Shown: positions 16,385 through 25,162, counted from the first letter of the stretch. The stretch is 53,978 nucleotides of DNA from a virus (IMGVR_UViG_3300009609_000027:1-53978), one strand, 5' to 3'. Numbers and translations: made by a program. Notes: generated from the letters alone by a model not told the origin.

Positions 16385-19143
16385 GCCAACTGCTCAGCCT
16401 TCGGCCCTACCAGCGCGACGCCGTCGACGCCGTACGCGCAGCTCTGGCGCGCGGCATGCGGCGCCCGGCGGTCGATATGGCGACCGGGCTGGGTAAGACC
16501 GTCGTCTTCGCCCACCTCGGCACGGAGTGGCTGGCTGACAACCCTGGTCGACGCGTGCTCGTCCTGGCGCACACCGGCGAGCTGCTCGACCAGGCGATGG
16601 ACAAATGGCGCTCGGTCGCGCCGGGGCTGCGCCTGGGGCGCGTGCAGGCTGATGCCAACGAAACGCTGGCCAGGGTGGTCGTGGCCAGCGTGCAGACGTT
16701 GCGCAACGAGCGGCGCCGGCGGATGCTGCGCGACGTTGGATTAATCATCGTCGACGAGTGCTTCCCCGCAGGGACGATGATCGGCGATCAGCGCATCGAG
16801 GACCTGCGCCCAGGCGACCTGGTGCCGTCCTACGACGAAGAGACCGGCGAGCGCGTGGCGCGTCCCGTCGTCGCGACGATGAACCGCAGGCCCGGATCGT
16901 TGGTGCGCGTACGCCTAGCGTCGGGCGAGGAGTTTTGCTGTACGGCGAATCATCCGGTCATGACGCCCGGAGGGTGGTGTATGGCCGGGCTATTGCGTGG
17001 TGAGTCGGTGCTATCGTTTACTCATGACACAACAGATGATATGTACGCAGTGCGGCGTGGCGCTTACGCCGACGGCGATCCAGGTACAGAACTGGAAGAA
17101 GTCGGGGCGGGTGTATTGCGGGTCCGAGTGCGTCCGCGCGATGCGCAAGGCCAAGGGTGTCGCGGAACGTCAGAGGCCACAGGTCGAATGCGTAGAGTGC
17201 GGGATCGCGTTCGTGCTGGAGAACCGAGGTCGGATCTCGACCTGGAAGCGTTCGGGTCGGACGTTTTGCTCGGAGACCTGCAAGGCGGCGGTCATCGGTC
17301 GGGAGTCGTCGGAGCGCATGGCGCAGACGAATCGTCTCCACGCCTCTGCGCGTATGAAGGCGAAGAATCCGATGCACGACGAGGCGACGCGAGCCAAGAT
17401 GGCGGCGACTCTGAAAGAGATCCATCACGCTCCGCGCGTTCGCGGTGGCAATGGAGCGCCCATGCCGGAACCGCACAGGCGCATGGCGGAGATGCTGGGC
17501 TGGCCGGTCGAGGTGTCGATAGCGCCGGGCGATGGTCAGCGGCCGTATCACTACAAGGCGGACATCGCCCATCCTTCGATGATGGTGGTCGTAGAGATCG
17601 ATGGGGGGTCGCATTATTCGCTGGCGCGCCGAGAATCGGATCGTCGTCGCGACGCGCGGCTCGCTGGGATCGGGTGGTTGACGTTCAGGTTCTCCAACCG
17701 GGACGCGATGGAACGTACGGCGGAGTGTGTCGCGACGGTCTTGTCTACAACATCGAAGTGGCAGCCACGCACACGTACCTGATCGGATCGGGGATTGTGG
17801 CGCATAACTGTCATCACGCCGTGGCTGCCACGTACCAGGACATCCTGACGCATTTCGGGGCGTTGGGTGAGCAGCGCGACGACAGCGCGGTCGCCGCCGG
17901 CTTCACCGCCACGATGATGCGCGGCGACGACCTGGCGCTCGGCCAGGTCTGGCAGGACGTCGTCTACTCGCATGGCATCGTCGAGGGCATCGCCGACGGT
18001 CACCTCGTGCGCCCCCGCGGCATCCACGTGCACGTCGACGACCTGGATCTAGGCAAGGTGCGCGTCGAGCGTGGCGACTGGAGGGCCGGCGATCTGGGCG
18101 AGGCGCTGGAGTCCTCGCTCGCGCCTACCGCCATCGCCAAGGCCGTCACTGAGCATGCCGACGAGCGGCGCATCATCGGATTCGCACCCACGGTCTCGTC
18201 CGCAACGGTCATCGCGGACGCCCTGAGAGAGTCTGGGCGCGCTGCGGGCCTCGTCCATGGGGGAATGGGCAAAACGGAGCGCAAGGCCGTCCTGAGCGAT
18301 TTCAGCCCCGGTGGCGGCCTGCAGATCCTGATGAACTGCTCACTGCTGACCGAGGGCTATGACGAGCCGGCCGCGGACTGTGCGCTGATCGCTCGGCCCA
18401 CCCGCTCGCCGGTGCTCTACCGCCAGATCGCCGGGCGGGTGTTGCGCCCCTATCCGGGCAAGGTCGACGCGCTGCTGCTCGACGTGGTCGGCGTCACCGC
18501 CAACCATTCGCTGATCTCCGGCGTCGACCTGTTCGGCGACAAGCTCGAGCGCGAGGTCAAAGAGAAGACCGAGCGCGACGAGCTGGAGCTCGAAGACGCC
18601 GACGATCTGGCCGACGGCCAGCAGGCCGCGCGACGCGCGTTGGAGTGGTCCGGGCCGCTGGCCTCGACCGAAATTGATCTGTTCGCGTCCTCGCCGATGC
18701 AGTGGCTGCGCACCCGCGCCGGCGTGTTCTTCCTCGCGGCCGGCGAGCGGTACCTGGCCATCGTGCCCGCGGCGCCACAGTCGCAGGACCAGTGGATGGC
18801 GCACTTCGGCGGCGCGCCGATCTTCCTCGGTTACGACGTGATGGCGATGGACAAGAGCGGCGGCGGGCTGGGTCGTGCGATCGTGTCGGGCGTCGCCGAC
18901 CTGTCCTACGCGATGGCGTGGGCTGAGGGCGACGTCAGCGCGGGCGAGAAGATGACGGCGACGAAAGAGCGTGCCTGGCGCGCCAGGCCGCCGACCGAGA
19001 AGATGAGCGCCTTCGCGGCACGTCTGGGCTTGACGCCCGCGCCGCACGCGCGCATGGGCGAGGTGTCCAACATGATCACGTTGACGTTGGCGTCGCGTCG
19101 TATCGATCCACACATTCCGGCATACATGAGGGGGAGATCGTGA
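16381..19143 (+). CDS. SF2 DExH helicase containing an intein
   Basis: LRPYQ, ATGLGKT, IIVDE/CHH (DECH after splicing), FTAT, LTEGYD, QIAGRVLR; start GTG 16381; 570 aa after splicing. Confidence 0.92.
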   Translation: MSQLLSLRPYQRDAVDAVRAALARGMRRPAVDMATGLGKTVVFAHLGTEWLADNPGRRVLVLAHTGELLDQAMDKWRSVAPGLRLGRVQADANETLARVVVASVQTLRNERRRRMLRDVGLIIVDECFPAGTMIGDQRIEDLRPGDLVPSYDEETGERVARPVVATMNRRPGSLVRVRLASGEEFCCTANHPVMTPGGWCMAGLLRGESVLSFTHDTTDDMYAVRRGAYADGDPGTELEEVGAGVLRVRVRPRDAQGQGCRGTSEATGRMRRVRDRVRAGEPRSDLDLEAFGSDVLLGDLQGGGHRSGVVGAHGADESSPRLCAYEGEESDARRGDASQDGGDSERDPSRSARSRWQWSAHAGTAQAHGGDAGLAGRGVDSAGRWSAAVSLQGGHRPSFDDGGRRDRWGVALFAGAPRIGSSSRRAARWDRVVDVQVLQPGRDGTYGGVCRDGLVYNIEVAATHTYLIGSGIVAHNCHHAVAATYQDILTHFGALGEQRDDSAVAAGFTATMMRGDDLALGQVWQDVVYSHGIVEGIADGHLVRPRGIHVHVDDLDLGKVRVERGDWRAGDLGEALESSLAPTAIAKAVTEHADERRIIGFAPTVSSATVIADALRESGRAAGLVHGGMGKTERKAVLSDFSPGGGLQILMNCSLLTEGYDEPAADCALIARPTRSPVLYRQIAGRVLRPYPGKVDALLLDVVGVTANHSLISGVDLFGDKLEREVKEKTERDELELEDADDLADGQQAARRALEWSGPLASTEIDLFASSPMQWLRTRAGVFFLAAGERYLAIVPAAPQSQDQWMAHFGGAPIFLGYDVMAMDKSGGGLGRAIVSGVADLSYAMAWAEGDVSAGEKMTATKERAWRARPPTEKMSAFAARLGLTPAPHARMGEVSNMITLTLASRRIDPHIPAYMRGRS
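16759..17808 (+). mobile_element. Intein (350 aa) in helicase motif II, with no in-frame endonuclease
   Basis: CFPAGTMI...IEDLRPGDLV; block B CTANHP; block F/G VYNIEVAATHTYL...VAHN with +1 Cys; the central ~210 aa look like off-frame sequence. Confidence 0.92.
17024..17782 (+). CDS. Vsr/DUF559-like endonuclease with Zn-finger and NUMOD3-like repeats, nested in the +1 frame of the intein
   Basis: Two CxxC...CxxxC units, NPMH...RAKMA, YKADIA...VVEIDGGSH...DRRRDARL...GW..FRFSN; codons are GC3-rich in this frame; TGCTATCGT-N6-ATG upstream. Confidence 0.85.
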   Translation: MTQQMICTQCGVALTPTAIQVQNWKKSGRVYCGSECVRAMRKAKGVAERQRPQVECVECGIAFVLENRGRISTWKRSGRTFCSETCKAAVIGRESSERMAQTNRLHASARMKAKNPMHDEATRAKMAATLKEIHHAPRVRGGNGAPMPEPHRRMAEMLGWPVEVSIAPGDGQRPYHYKADIAHPSMMVVVEIDGGSHYSLARRESDRRRDARLAGIGWLTFRFSNRDAMERTAECVATVLSTTSKWQPRTRT

Positions 19144-19352
19144 AGATTCCGCGTTGGGTTCATCGCGTTTGGGCGCGCGTGTTCGGCTATTTCTGGATGC
19201 CGTGCTCTGAGTGCGGCGAGATGTACGGCGGCCACGAGTGGAAGGTCGGCGCGGCCGTTCACGAAGAGACCGGCCTGGGCGTTTGTCCGAGATGTGATCC
19301 GATCGTGCACGCTCGCAACATGGCTGAGATCCGTCGTCGGCTCGGGCAATGA
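19140..19352 (+). CDS. Hypothetical Zn-ribbon protein
   Basis: CSEC and CPRC; coupled overlaps. Confidence 0.6.
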   Translation: MKIPRWVHRVWARVFGYFWMPCSECGEMYGGHEWKVGAAVHEETGLGVCPRCDPIVHARNMAEIRRRLGQ

Positions 19353-19801
19353 GCGAAGGTCTGGCCGGCATCGAGGTGCTCGACTTCTGGGTGCCGGGCC
19401 ACCCCAGGACCAAGGGCTCGCTGACGGCACGCGCCCGTAAATGTCTTTGCTGCGACAAATGCACGGGCTATGTCGGCAAGATGCAACTCGTCGACACCGA
19501 GGCGTCGAAGCGTTGGCGCAAGCTCGTCGCGTACCAGGCCGAGCAGGCGATCGCGCAGTCGTTGTACTCGTTCCCGATCGTCGATCGCGTCGGCCTCGAC
19601 CTGGGCTTTGCGCTCGACATTGACGATGTGATCAAGGATGGCGCTGGCGACACCGACAAGCTGTACCGCAACGTCCTCGACGCGCTGACCGATGCCGGCG
19701 TCTATCGCGACGACGTGCAGGTCGTGAGACTGACCGGCTACAAGATCGAGGCTGAGGTCTTCGACCAGGGGTATGGCGTGCGCGTGCGGGTGTCGGTGTA
19801 G
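19349..19801 (+). CDS. rusA: RusA-like Holliday junction resolvase
   Basis: VPGHPRTKGS...DTDKLYRNVLDALT...YRDDVQVV. Confidence 0.85.
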   Translation: MSEGLAGIEVLDFWVPGHPRTKGSLTARARKCLCCDKCTGYVGKMQLVDTEASKRWRKLVAYQAEQAIAQSLYSFPIVDRVGLDLGFALDIDDVIKDGAGDTDKLYRNVLDALTDAGVYRDDVQVVRLTGYKIEAEVFDQGYGVRVRVSV

Positions 19802-19803
19802 CG

Positions 19804-20280
19804 GTGGACCAGGCGGCGTGGCTTGAGCAGTTCGACCAGCGCGTCACGGCGTTCGTGGCGGCAGAGCGTGAGCGCATCGACGAGCGGCTGAGGCAACGAC
19901 GGGAGGCTGAGCGTGGCGAGATCAAAGTCGTGGCTGATGTGGTCATCCTTGGGTCGTCTTGTGACGACGGGGATCTCGTGGCCGCGAGCAGTGTGGTTCG
20001 ACGAGTCGTCGCGAGTGCGCTGGCCGCTGGGTGGAGCGCCAGGACGGTACGGGCGCTGGCGGCAGACCCGACCAAGGGCCTCATCGAGAGCGTGACCGTG
20101 CGCTTCGCCCGTCACGACGAGCGTGGCTTCGCGGCGTGGTGGGGCGGGCGGTTCCAGTGCGCGTGGCTGCTCGGCCCGTTGGGTTTCGAGCGGCTCGGCA
20201 TGCGCACCACGCTCAAGATCCGGTCTGTCGCCGACGCGCTCAATGGTCTACGCTTGACGCGTCAACAGCAAGGGTCATGA
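19804..20280 (+). CDS. Hypothetical protein
   Basis: Fills the gap between rusA and the small terminase. Confidence 0.55.
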   Translation: MDQAAWLEQFDQRVTAFVAAERERIDERLRQRREAERGEIKVVADVVILGSSCDDGDLVAASSVVRRVVASALAAGWSARTVRALAADPTKGLIESVTVRFARHDERGFAAWWGGRFQCAWLLGPLGFERLGMRTTLKIRSVADALNGLRLTRQQQGS

Positions 20281-20299
20281 TGAAGGGTGGCGAGGTCGC

Positions 20300-20965
20300 G
20301 TGGTCATGGCGCCCGTGGCGGTCTTCTGCGCGGCCAACAAGCGCCAGCAGGAGGGCACCTGTCGGCGCCCCGCGGGCTACGGGACGAGCCACCCCGGCAT
20401 CGGGCGGTGCAAGTATCACGGCGGCTCGACGCCCACGCACGTCGCTTCGGTCGAGCTCAGCCAGGCGAAGAGCGTCGCGCAACTCTTCGGCGTGCCGCGC
20501 GAAGTGCATCCCGTCGACGGACTGATGGAGGAGTACTGGCGCACGGCCGGCCTGATCGACGTCTACGAGGCCATGTGCATGCAGTTGCTGCCCAGCGATG
20601 TCGTCTGGGGCGTTCAGTCGGTCGAAGAGTCGAACACGGTTCAGCCGGTTGACAGTTTTGGCAGTGATGGTGGCAGTGATTCGCTGACACCGCCGGAGCG
20701 CAAGACGAAATCCGGAACAGCGGTCAACATCTGGGTGAAGCTGCTCAACGAGGAGCGCGACCGGTTCGCCCGACTCGGCGCCGAGATATTGAAACTCGAC
20801 CTGGCCTCACGTCAGGTCGAGTACAGCGCTTCGCAGACGGCCGCGCTCGCCGGCGTGCTGCTCAGCGCTGAGTTGGGGCTGAGCGAGGAGCAGCGGCGCG
20901 TGGCGGCGCGTCTGCTGCGTGGCATGGAGCAACGGGCGGCGATCGAGGGGAGCGTGGCGCAATGA
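20300..20965 (+). CDS. Terminase small subunit (HGGxSTG-type)
   Basis: C.A...C...GRCKYHGGST motif; upstream of the large terminase; start may be ATG 20306. Confidence 0.65.
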   Translation: MVMAPVAVFCAANKRQQEGTCRRPAGYGTSHPGIGRCKYHGGSTPTHVASVELSQAKSVAQLFGVPREVHPVDGLMEEYWRTAGLIDVYEAMCMQLLPSDVVWGVQSVEESNTVQPVDSFGSDGGSDSLTPPERKTKSGTAVNIWVKLLNEERDRFARLGAEILKLDLASRQVEYSASQTAALAGVLLSAELGLSEEQRRVAARLLRGMEQRAAIEGSVAQ

Positions 20966-21258
20966 GCGCTGACTGGCCTTCGATGGTCGACAGCGTGATG
21001 CGCGACGCGCTCGCGGCACATGCTGCGCGTCTGAACGAACTGATCGTCAACACGCCGTTGTGCATGGATTGCCACGCTCGGCCCGTCGAGGTCATTCATC
21101 GACAGTCGGCTCCGGATTTTGCGCTCACTGGCGAGGACGGCGAGCATTGGCTGACATCCGACGGCGACATGCGCCTACAGCTCACCGAGGTAGTTCGACT
21201 GCTCTGTGCGGAGTGCTCGAATCGGCGATTGGCGATCGAGGGGAGCGTAGCGACGTGA
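20962..21258 (+). CDS. Hypothetical protein with two CxxC motifs
   Basis: CMDC and CAEC; flanked by a direct repeat. Confidence 0.55.
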   Translation: MSADWPSMVDSVMRDALAAHAARLNELIVNTPLCMDCHARPVEVIHRQSAPDFALTGEDGEHWLTSDGDMRLQLTEVVRLLCAECSNRRLAIEGSVAT

Positions 21259-21388
21259 GGGTCTTGCGGATGGTCTGGGATGTGCTGCTCTACGTCTTCG
21301 TCGATCGACTCTCCCCGTCGCGTCGGTACGTGCGTTATGGGCGCGGAGCGATGGCGGCGTTCCGTCGTGGATTCGACGAGGTTGTGCG

Positions 21389-21619
21389 ATGACGATCACC
21401 GCTGCGGGCGGCTGGTGCGCGCCGTCTACGACTCTTCCCGTGGACGTCACTCAGGAACTGCTCGACGAGGTGATGCTCGGACCGGTGCGCCCCGAGCAGT
21501 GGCCAACGGGCCTGACGTCGGACGATCTGGACTGGATAGCGCACATGCTGCATGCCGGCGAGATCGATCCGCGCTATCCGTTCGCGATCCGGCGTGGCGG
21601 GATTCGGTGGGAGTTCTAA
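21389..21619 (+). CDS. Hypothetical protein
   Basis: GAGG SD; AAGGWCAP motif, also present in the major capsid protein. Confidence 0.5.
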   Translation: MTITAAGGWCAPSTTLPVDVTQELLDEVMLGPVRPEQWPTGLTSDDLDWIAHMLHAGEIDPRYPFAIRRGGIRWEF

Positions 21620-23121
21620 CCAGCGTTGCCGACATGATCGACCCTGATTCTCGGCCCGATCGTCCCGAGATGGCCACCCCGACCACGCTCGCCGCGCACC
21701 TCGACCGCACCTATCAGGTTCGCTCGCATCTGACGCTGATCGGCGAGGAGCTCGCGGCGCTGGAGCGTGGCGACGTCTTCGACCGCCTCATGATCAACAC
21801 CCCGCCTCGTGTCGGAAAGACCCGACTTGCGGTGGAATGGTTCGTTTTCTGGTGGTTGATCAAGCATCCGACGCATCGCGTCGTCATCGCGTCCTATGAC
21901 GACTCGCTCGCCCAGCGCGCCGGCAAGCACATCCGATCACTAATCACCCATTACGGCGTGCAGTACGGGCTGATGCTCGAGCGCGGGTCGGCCGCGGCGA
22001 AGGACTTCTCGCTCGCCACCGGCGGCGGCGTGCGATCGGTGGGCATCGGGTCGGGCATCACCGGCCACGACGGCGACCTGCTCATCGTCGACGACCCGAC
22101 CAAATCGCGCGCCGAAGCGGAGAGCGTGCGTCGCCGCGACGCCATCTACGACTGGTGGTCGTCTGAACTCTCCACGCGCGTCGTGCCCGGCACCAAGATC
22201 ATCATGGTCCAGACGCCCTGGCACCCTGACGACCTGCGCGTGCGCGTCGTGCAGCAGGAGGGCCGCGTCGAGGACGGCGGACGTTGGCGCGAGGTCATCA
22301 TGGCCGCGCTGGCCGAAGGCGACGATCCGCTCGGCCGCGCGCCCGGCGAACCGCTGCCTCACCCGATGCTCGCCGAGAGCGACAAGGAACGGCTTCAGCG
22401 TTGGTGGGAGCGCATCCGCTCGTCTATCGCCGTGCGCGACTGGCGGGCGCTGTACCAGTGCGACCCCAAGGCGCCAGAGGGCGCGCTGGTCACCGAGCGT
22501 TTGTTGCGCGAGCGACGCTGTTTCATGGCTGATCGCGACGACTGCTCGACGCCTGTGCGCGTCGGCGTGGCGGTCGACCCGTCGGGCGGCGGGCGCGACA
22601 CGGCCGGCGTCATCGGCGGCTTCCTCGGTGTCGACGGTCGCGCCCACTTCACCCACGACCGTTCCGCCGTGATGGCTTCGGCGAACTGGGCGCGCGCCGC
22701 CTGCGAGCTCGCCGCGGACACCGGCGCCGACTTCATCGTCTACGAGAAGAACTACGGCGGCGACATGGTGCTGCTGGCCATCCGCACCGCCTGGGACGCG
22801 CTGCGTCGCGAGCAGCCCGATCGCTTCGGCGCGCTGGTGCCACGCCTGATCCCGGTCAGCGCCAAGGTGGGCAAGGTGCTGCGCGCTGAGCCGATCGCGC
22901 AGCAGTGGGCTGAGGGGCGCTGCGTCACGGCGGCCTACCTGCCCGACTTCGAATCAGAATGGTCAACGTACGTGGTCGGTTCGCCATCGCCGGGCCGCAT
23001 CGACGCCGGGGTGTATCTGGCGCTGGAATTGCTGCCCGTGCCGGCCAGTGGTGAGACGTCGATGGTGGGTGCGCAGCAGCTCGCGGAGACGGATCTGTTG
23101 GCTGGGCTGTGGCGACGCTGA
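21607..23121 (+). CDS. terL: Terminase large subunit
   Basis: Walker A PPRVGKT; GITGHDGDLLIVDDP; QTPWH.DD; YQ..P; nuclease VAVDPS and RID. Start GTG 21607 or ATG 21634. Confidence 0.92.
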   Translation: MGVLTSVADMIDPDSRPDRPEMATPTTLAAHLDRTYQVRSHLTLIGEELAALERGDVFDRLMINTPPRVGKTRLAVEWFVFWWLIKHPTHRVVIASYDDSLAQRAGKHIRSLITHYGVQYGLMLERGSAAAKDFSLATGGGVRSVGIGSGITGHDGDLLIVDDPTKSRAEAESVRRRDAIYDWWSSELSTRVVPGTKIIMVQTPWHPDDLRVRVVQQEGRVEDGGRWREVIMAALAEGDDPLGRAPGEPLPHPMLAESDKERLQRWWERIRSSIAVRDWRALYQCDPKAPEGALVTERLLRERRCFMADRDDCSTPVRVGVAVDPSGGGRDTAGVIGGFLGVDGRAHFTHDRSAVMASANWARAACELAADTGADFIVYEKNYGGDMVLLAIRTAWDALRREQPDRFGALVPRLIPVSAKVGKVLRAEPIAQQWAEGRCVTAAYLPDFESEWSTYVVGSPSPGRIDAGVYLALELLPVPASGETSMVGAQQLAETDLLAGLWRR

Positions 23122-23125
23122 GCAC

Positions 23126-23162
23126 TTGACGCGTCACTAGGTCATTGGCTAGTGTCGGAGTC
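23126..23162 (+). promoter_or_regulatory. Operator-promoter, leaderless
   Basis: TTGACGCGTCACTAG; TTGACG-N18-TAGTGT-N7-GTG(23163). Confidence 0.85.
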
Positions 23163-23405
23163 GTGGATTTCCGCATCACGCCGGACCAGCGCACGAAGGA
23201 GCCCAACCCCGATGTGGCGTGGCAGGTCATCTGGATCGGACTGCTGGCGTTGGCGCTGACGGTCTTCCTGATCGCATGGAAAGCCACACATGACGATGTG
23301 TGTCCGGAGGGTATGCACGCCGCCACTCAGCGCGGCCCTCATGGCACGATTCAGGATTTTCCAACGATTGTCTGCGTTTACGACGATCCGACCATGGAGC
23401 GCTGA
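23163..23405 (+). CDS. Small single-TM membrane protein
   Basis: VIWIGLLALALTVFLIAW; start set by the promoter geometry. Confidence 0.6.
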   Translation: MDFRITPDQRTKEPNPDVAWQVIWIGLLALALTVFLIAWKATHDDVCPEGMHAATQRGPHGTIQDFPTIVCVYDDPTMER

Positions 23406-23638
23406 TGTTTCGAGCGAAGACGGCACGTGACCAGCACCCCGATCCCGGCGGTCCATCTGCGACACGTCGTGATCACGGGCCGAGTGAAGCCGGACGTCTG
23501 GCGCGTGGCGAGGGTTATCAGCCCGACGAAGCCGGGCGACAGGGCTGGCTGAAGCGCGTATACGGCGCCAGGACCGGTTCGTCGAGCATGTCGGCACGCC
23601 AGCCGCGCAAGAGCCTCAAGTTTCGCCGGTCGCGCTGA
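23405..23638 (+). CDS. Hypothetical basic protein
   Basis: TGATG coupling at both ends; GGAG SD. Confidence 0.45.
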   Translation: MFRAKTARDQHPDPGGPSATRRDHGPSEAGRLARGEGYQPDEAGRQGWLKRVYGARTGSSSMSARQPRKSLKFRRSR

Positions 23639-23964
23639 TGTTCATGTCGACGTGGCTGCCGCCCGAGATCGGGCGCTCACAGCCCTACAGCATGGGACCA
23701 CTGACGCGCTGGGACGACACGATGGCGCGCATCAGCCCTGCGCTCGGCGCGGTGGTGTCGATGGATCGTCCCGACATGGCGGTCAAGACGTGCCTCGTCG
23801 CGCCGGCCGCCGTACAGCGCCAGGCGCAGCGCAGCGGCATCGGCGCGATCATGATGGTGCGCGTGCCGGGGCTGATCGAGTCGCTCAACGATCCGCGCTA
23901 CTGGCCAATCGGCAGCCCGCTGCGCGCACGCTTCGAAGCGGAGAAGGCGGAGGGGACGTCATGA
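23638..23964 (+). CDS. Hypothetical protein
   Basis: Coupled ORF with GC3-rich codons. Confidence 0.55.
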   Translation: MFMSTWLPPEIGRSQPYSMGPLTRWDDTMARISPALGAVVSMDRPDMAVKTCLVAPAAVQRQAQRSGIGAIMMVRVPGLIESLNDPRYWPIGSPLRARFEAEKAEGTS

Positions 23965-24167
23965 GGTGGAAGCGAGGCTGCGACGCCGGCAGTTGCGTCG
24001 AGGTCGGCTTCGGCGCCTATCGCCACAAGACGCGCCTGGAGCCGATCGTCGTCGTGCGCAACTCGATCAACCTCGATGCCGCAGAGTTTACCGAGCAGGA
24101 GTGGGCGGCCTTCGTGACCGCGGTCAAGCGCGGCGACTTCGACCTGGAGGTGTTGCGCAATGGCTAG
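23961..24167 (+). CDS. DUF397 (BldB-like) protein
   Basis: W...C..GSCVEV...VVVRNS...FT..EWAAFV.AVK.GDF is the DUF397 signature; GGAGG SD. Confidence 0.8.
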   Translation: MRWKRGCDAGSCVEVGFGAYRHKTRLEPIVVVRNSINLDAAEFTEQEWAAFVTAVKRGDFDLEVLRNG

Positions 24168-24272
24168 CTGGTCGGTGCGCGTGCTCGGCACGGTGCTGGT
24201 GGTCATCGCGGCCGGCGTGATCGGCTTCGCGGCGCTGTTCGTTGGCGCGCTCGTGGCCTTGGCGGTGGGGCG

Positions 24273-24665
24273 ATGAGGGTCCTGTTCGTGATCCTGCTGG
24301 TGCTCGCCATCTGGCGCACTACGCGCCTGCTCGTCGTCGACGAGTTTCCGCCCGTGCGCGCCGTACGCGAGTGGTTCATCACCACGTTTGGCGAGATCAG
24401 CAAGGCCGGCGAGATCACCGGTGGGCGTCGGCTGGGCGGCATCGGTCACGCCATCGCCTACGTCTGGGACTGCCCGTGGTGCATGAGCGTCTACGTCGGC
24501 GCCGGCCTGGTCGCCGCGGCCGACTGGCGCCTCGACGTGCCGTTCCCGTGGCTGATCGTGGCCGCCGGGTCGCTCGCCGCAGGGCTGGGCGCGACGCTCG
24601 AGCAGGCGGCAGAGCAGCGCTACAAGCTGCGCGAGCGCGAGCTCGACGACGATCGGAGGCGATGA
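24273..24665 (+). CDS. DUF1360-like membrane protein
   Basis: WRTTRLLVVD...VR...CPWCMSVY pattern with TM segments. Confidence 0.65.
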   Translation: MRVLFVILLVLAIWRTTRLLVVDEFPPVRAVREWFITTFGEISKAGEITGGRRLGGIGHAIAYVWDCPWCMSVYVGAGLVAAADWRLDVPFPWLIVAAGSLAAGLGATLEQAAEQRYKLRERELDDDRRR

Positions 24666-24892
24666 TGAGGACCATGAAGCCGTCGGACGACGACAAGCCG
24701 GACGACCTCGATTACGTGGTCGCGTATCGCGTCATGAAGCGCACGCGCGAAGCCGCGACAACGTTGGTCGAGGAGGCCAGCCAGCGGTTGGCCGAGATCG
24801 GCGAGGCGCAGGGCTGCGAGGCCGTGGCGTCGCGCAGATTCTACGAGGGGCGTCTGTCGGCGCTCGACGATCTGGGGCTGAGCGGGTCGTGA
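24662..24892 (+). CDS. Hypothetical protein
   Basis: GGAGG SD before ATG 24662. Confidence 0.5.
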   Translation: MMRTMKPSDDDKPDDLDYVVAYRVMKRTREAATTLVEEASQRLAEIGEAQGCEAVASRRFYEGRLSALDDLGLSGS

Positions 24893-25122
24893 GAAACCTG
24901 GTCGGAGGCGTGCTCACGATGTTGCTCATCGTGGTCGTCGGCGTCGTGCACATGTTCTGGCATGACTTCTTCGGGGCAGCGATGGGCGCAGCCGTGGCGC
25001 TGGCCTTCCTGCTCGGTCGGTCCGCTGGCCGTGAGCAGCAACTGCGAGAGCAGGACGAGCAGGACGCGTACATGCGTGAACACATGGCGTCGAAGTGGCG
25101 TGGCGTCGGCGGCGTTGGATAG
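24889..25122 (+). CDS. Small 2-TM membrane protein
   Basis: Two hydrophobic helices; GTGA coupling. Confidence 0.55.
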   Translation: MRNLVGGVLTMLLIVVVGVVHMFWHDFFGAAMGAAVALAFLLGRSAGREQQLREQDEQDAYMREHMASKWRGVGGVG

Positions 25123-25162
25123 GGTCGATGTTGTGACTGAGCCCGCAGGCGAACTACTCGAC

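Noticed and set aside
17024-17782. Simple sequencing frameshift in an ordinary endonuclease-containing intein
   Set aside because: It would need two compensating errors, and the nuclease C-terminus overlaps intein block F in a different frame. Disfavoured but not excluded without reads.
20254-20281. TTGACGCGTCAA as a full operator-promoter
   Set aside because: Lacks CTAG, and the best -10 (CATGAT) has a 16-nt spacer; kept only as a partial site.
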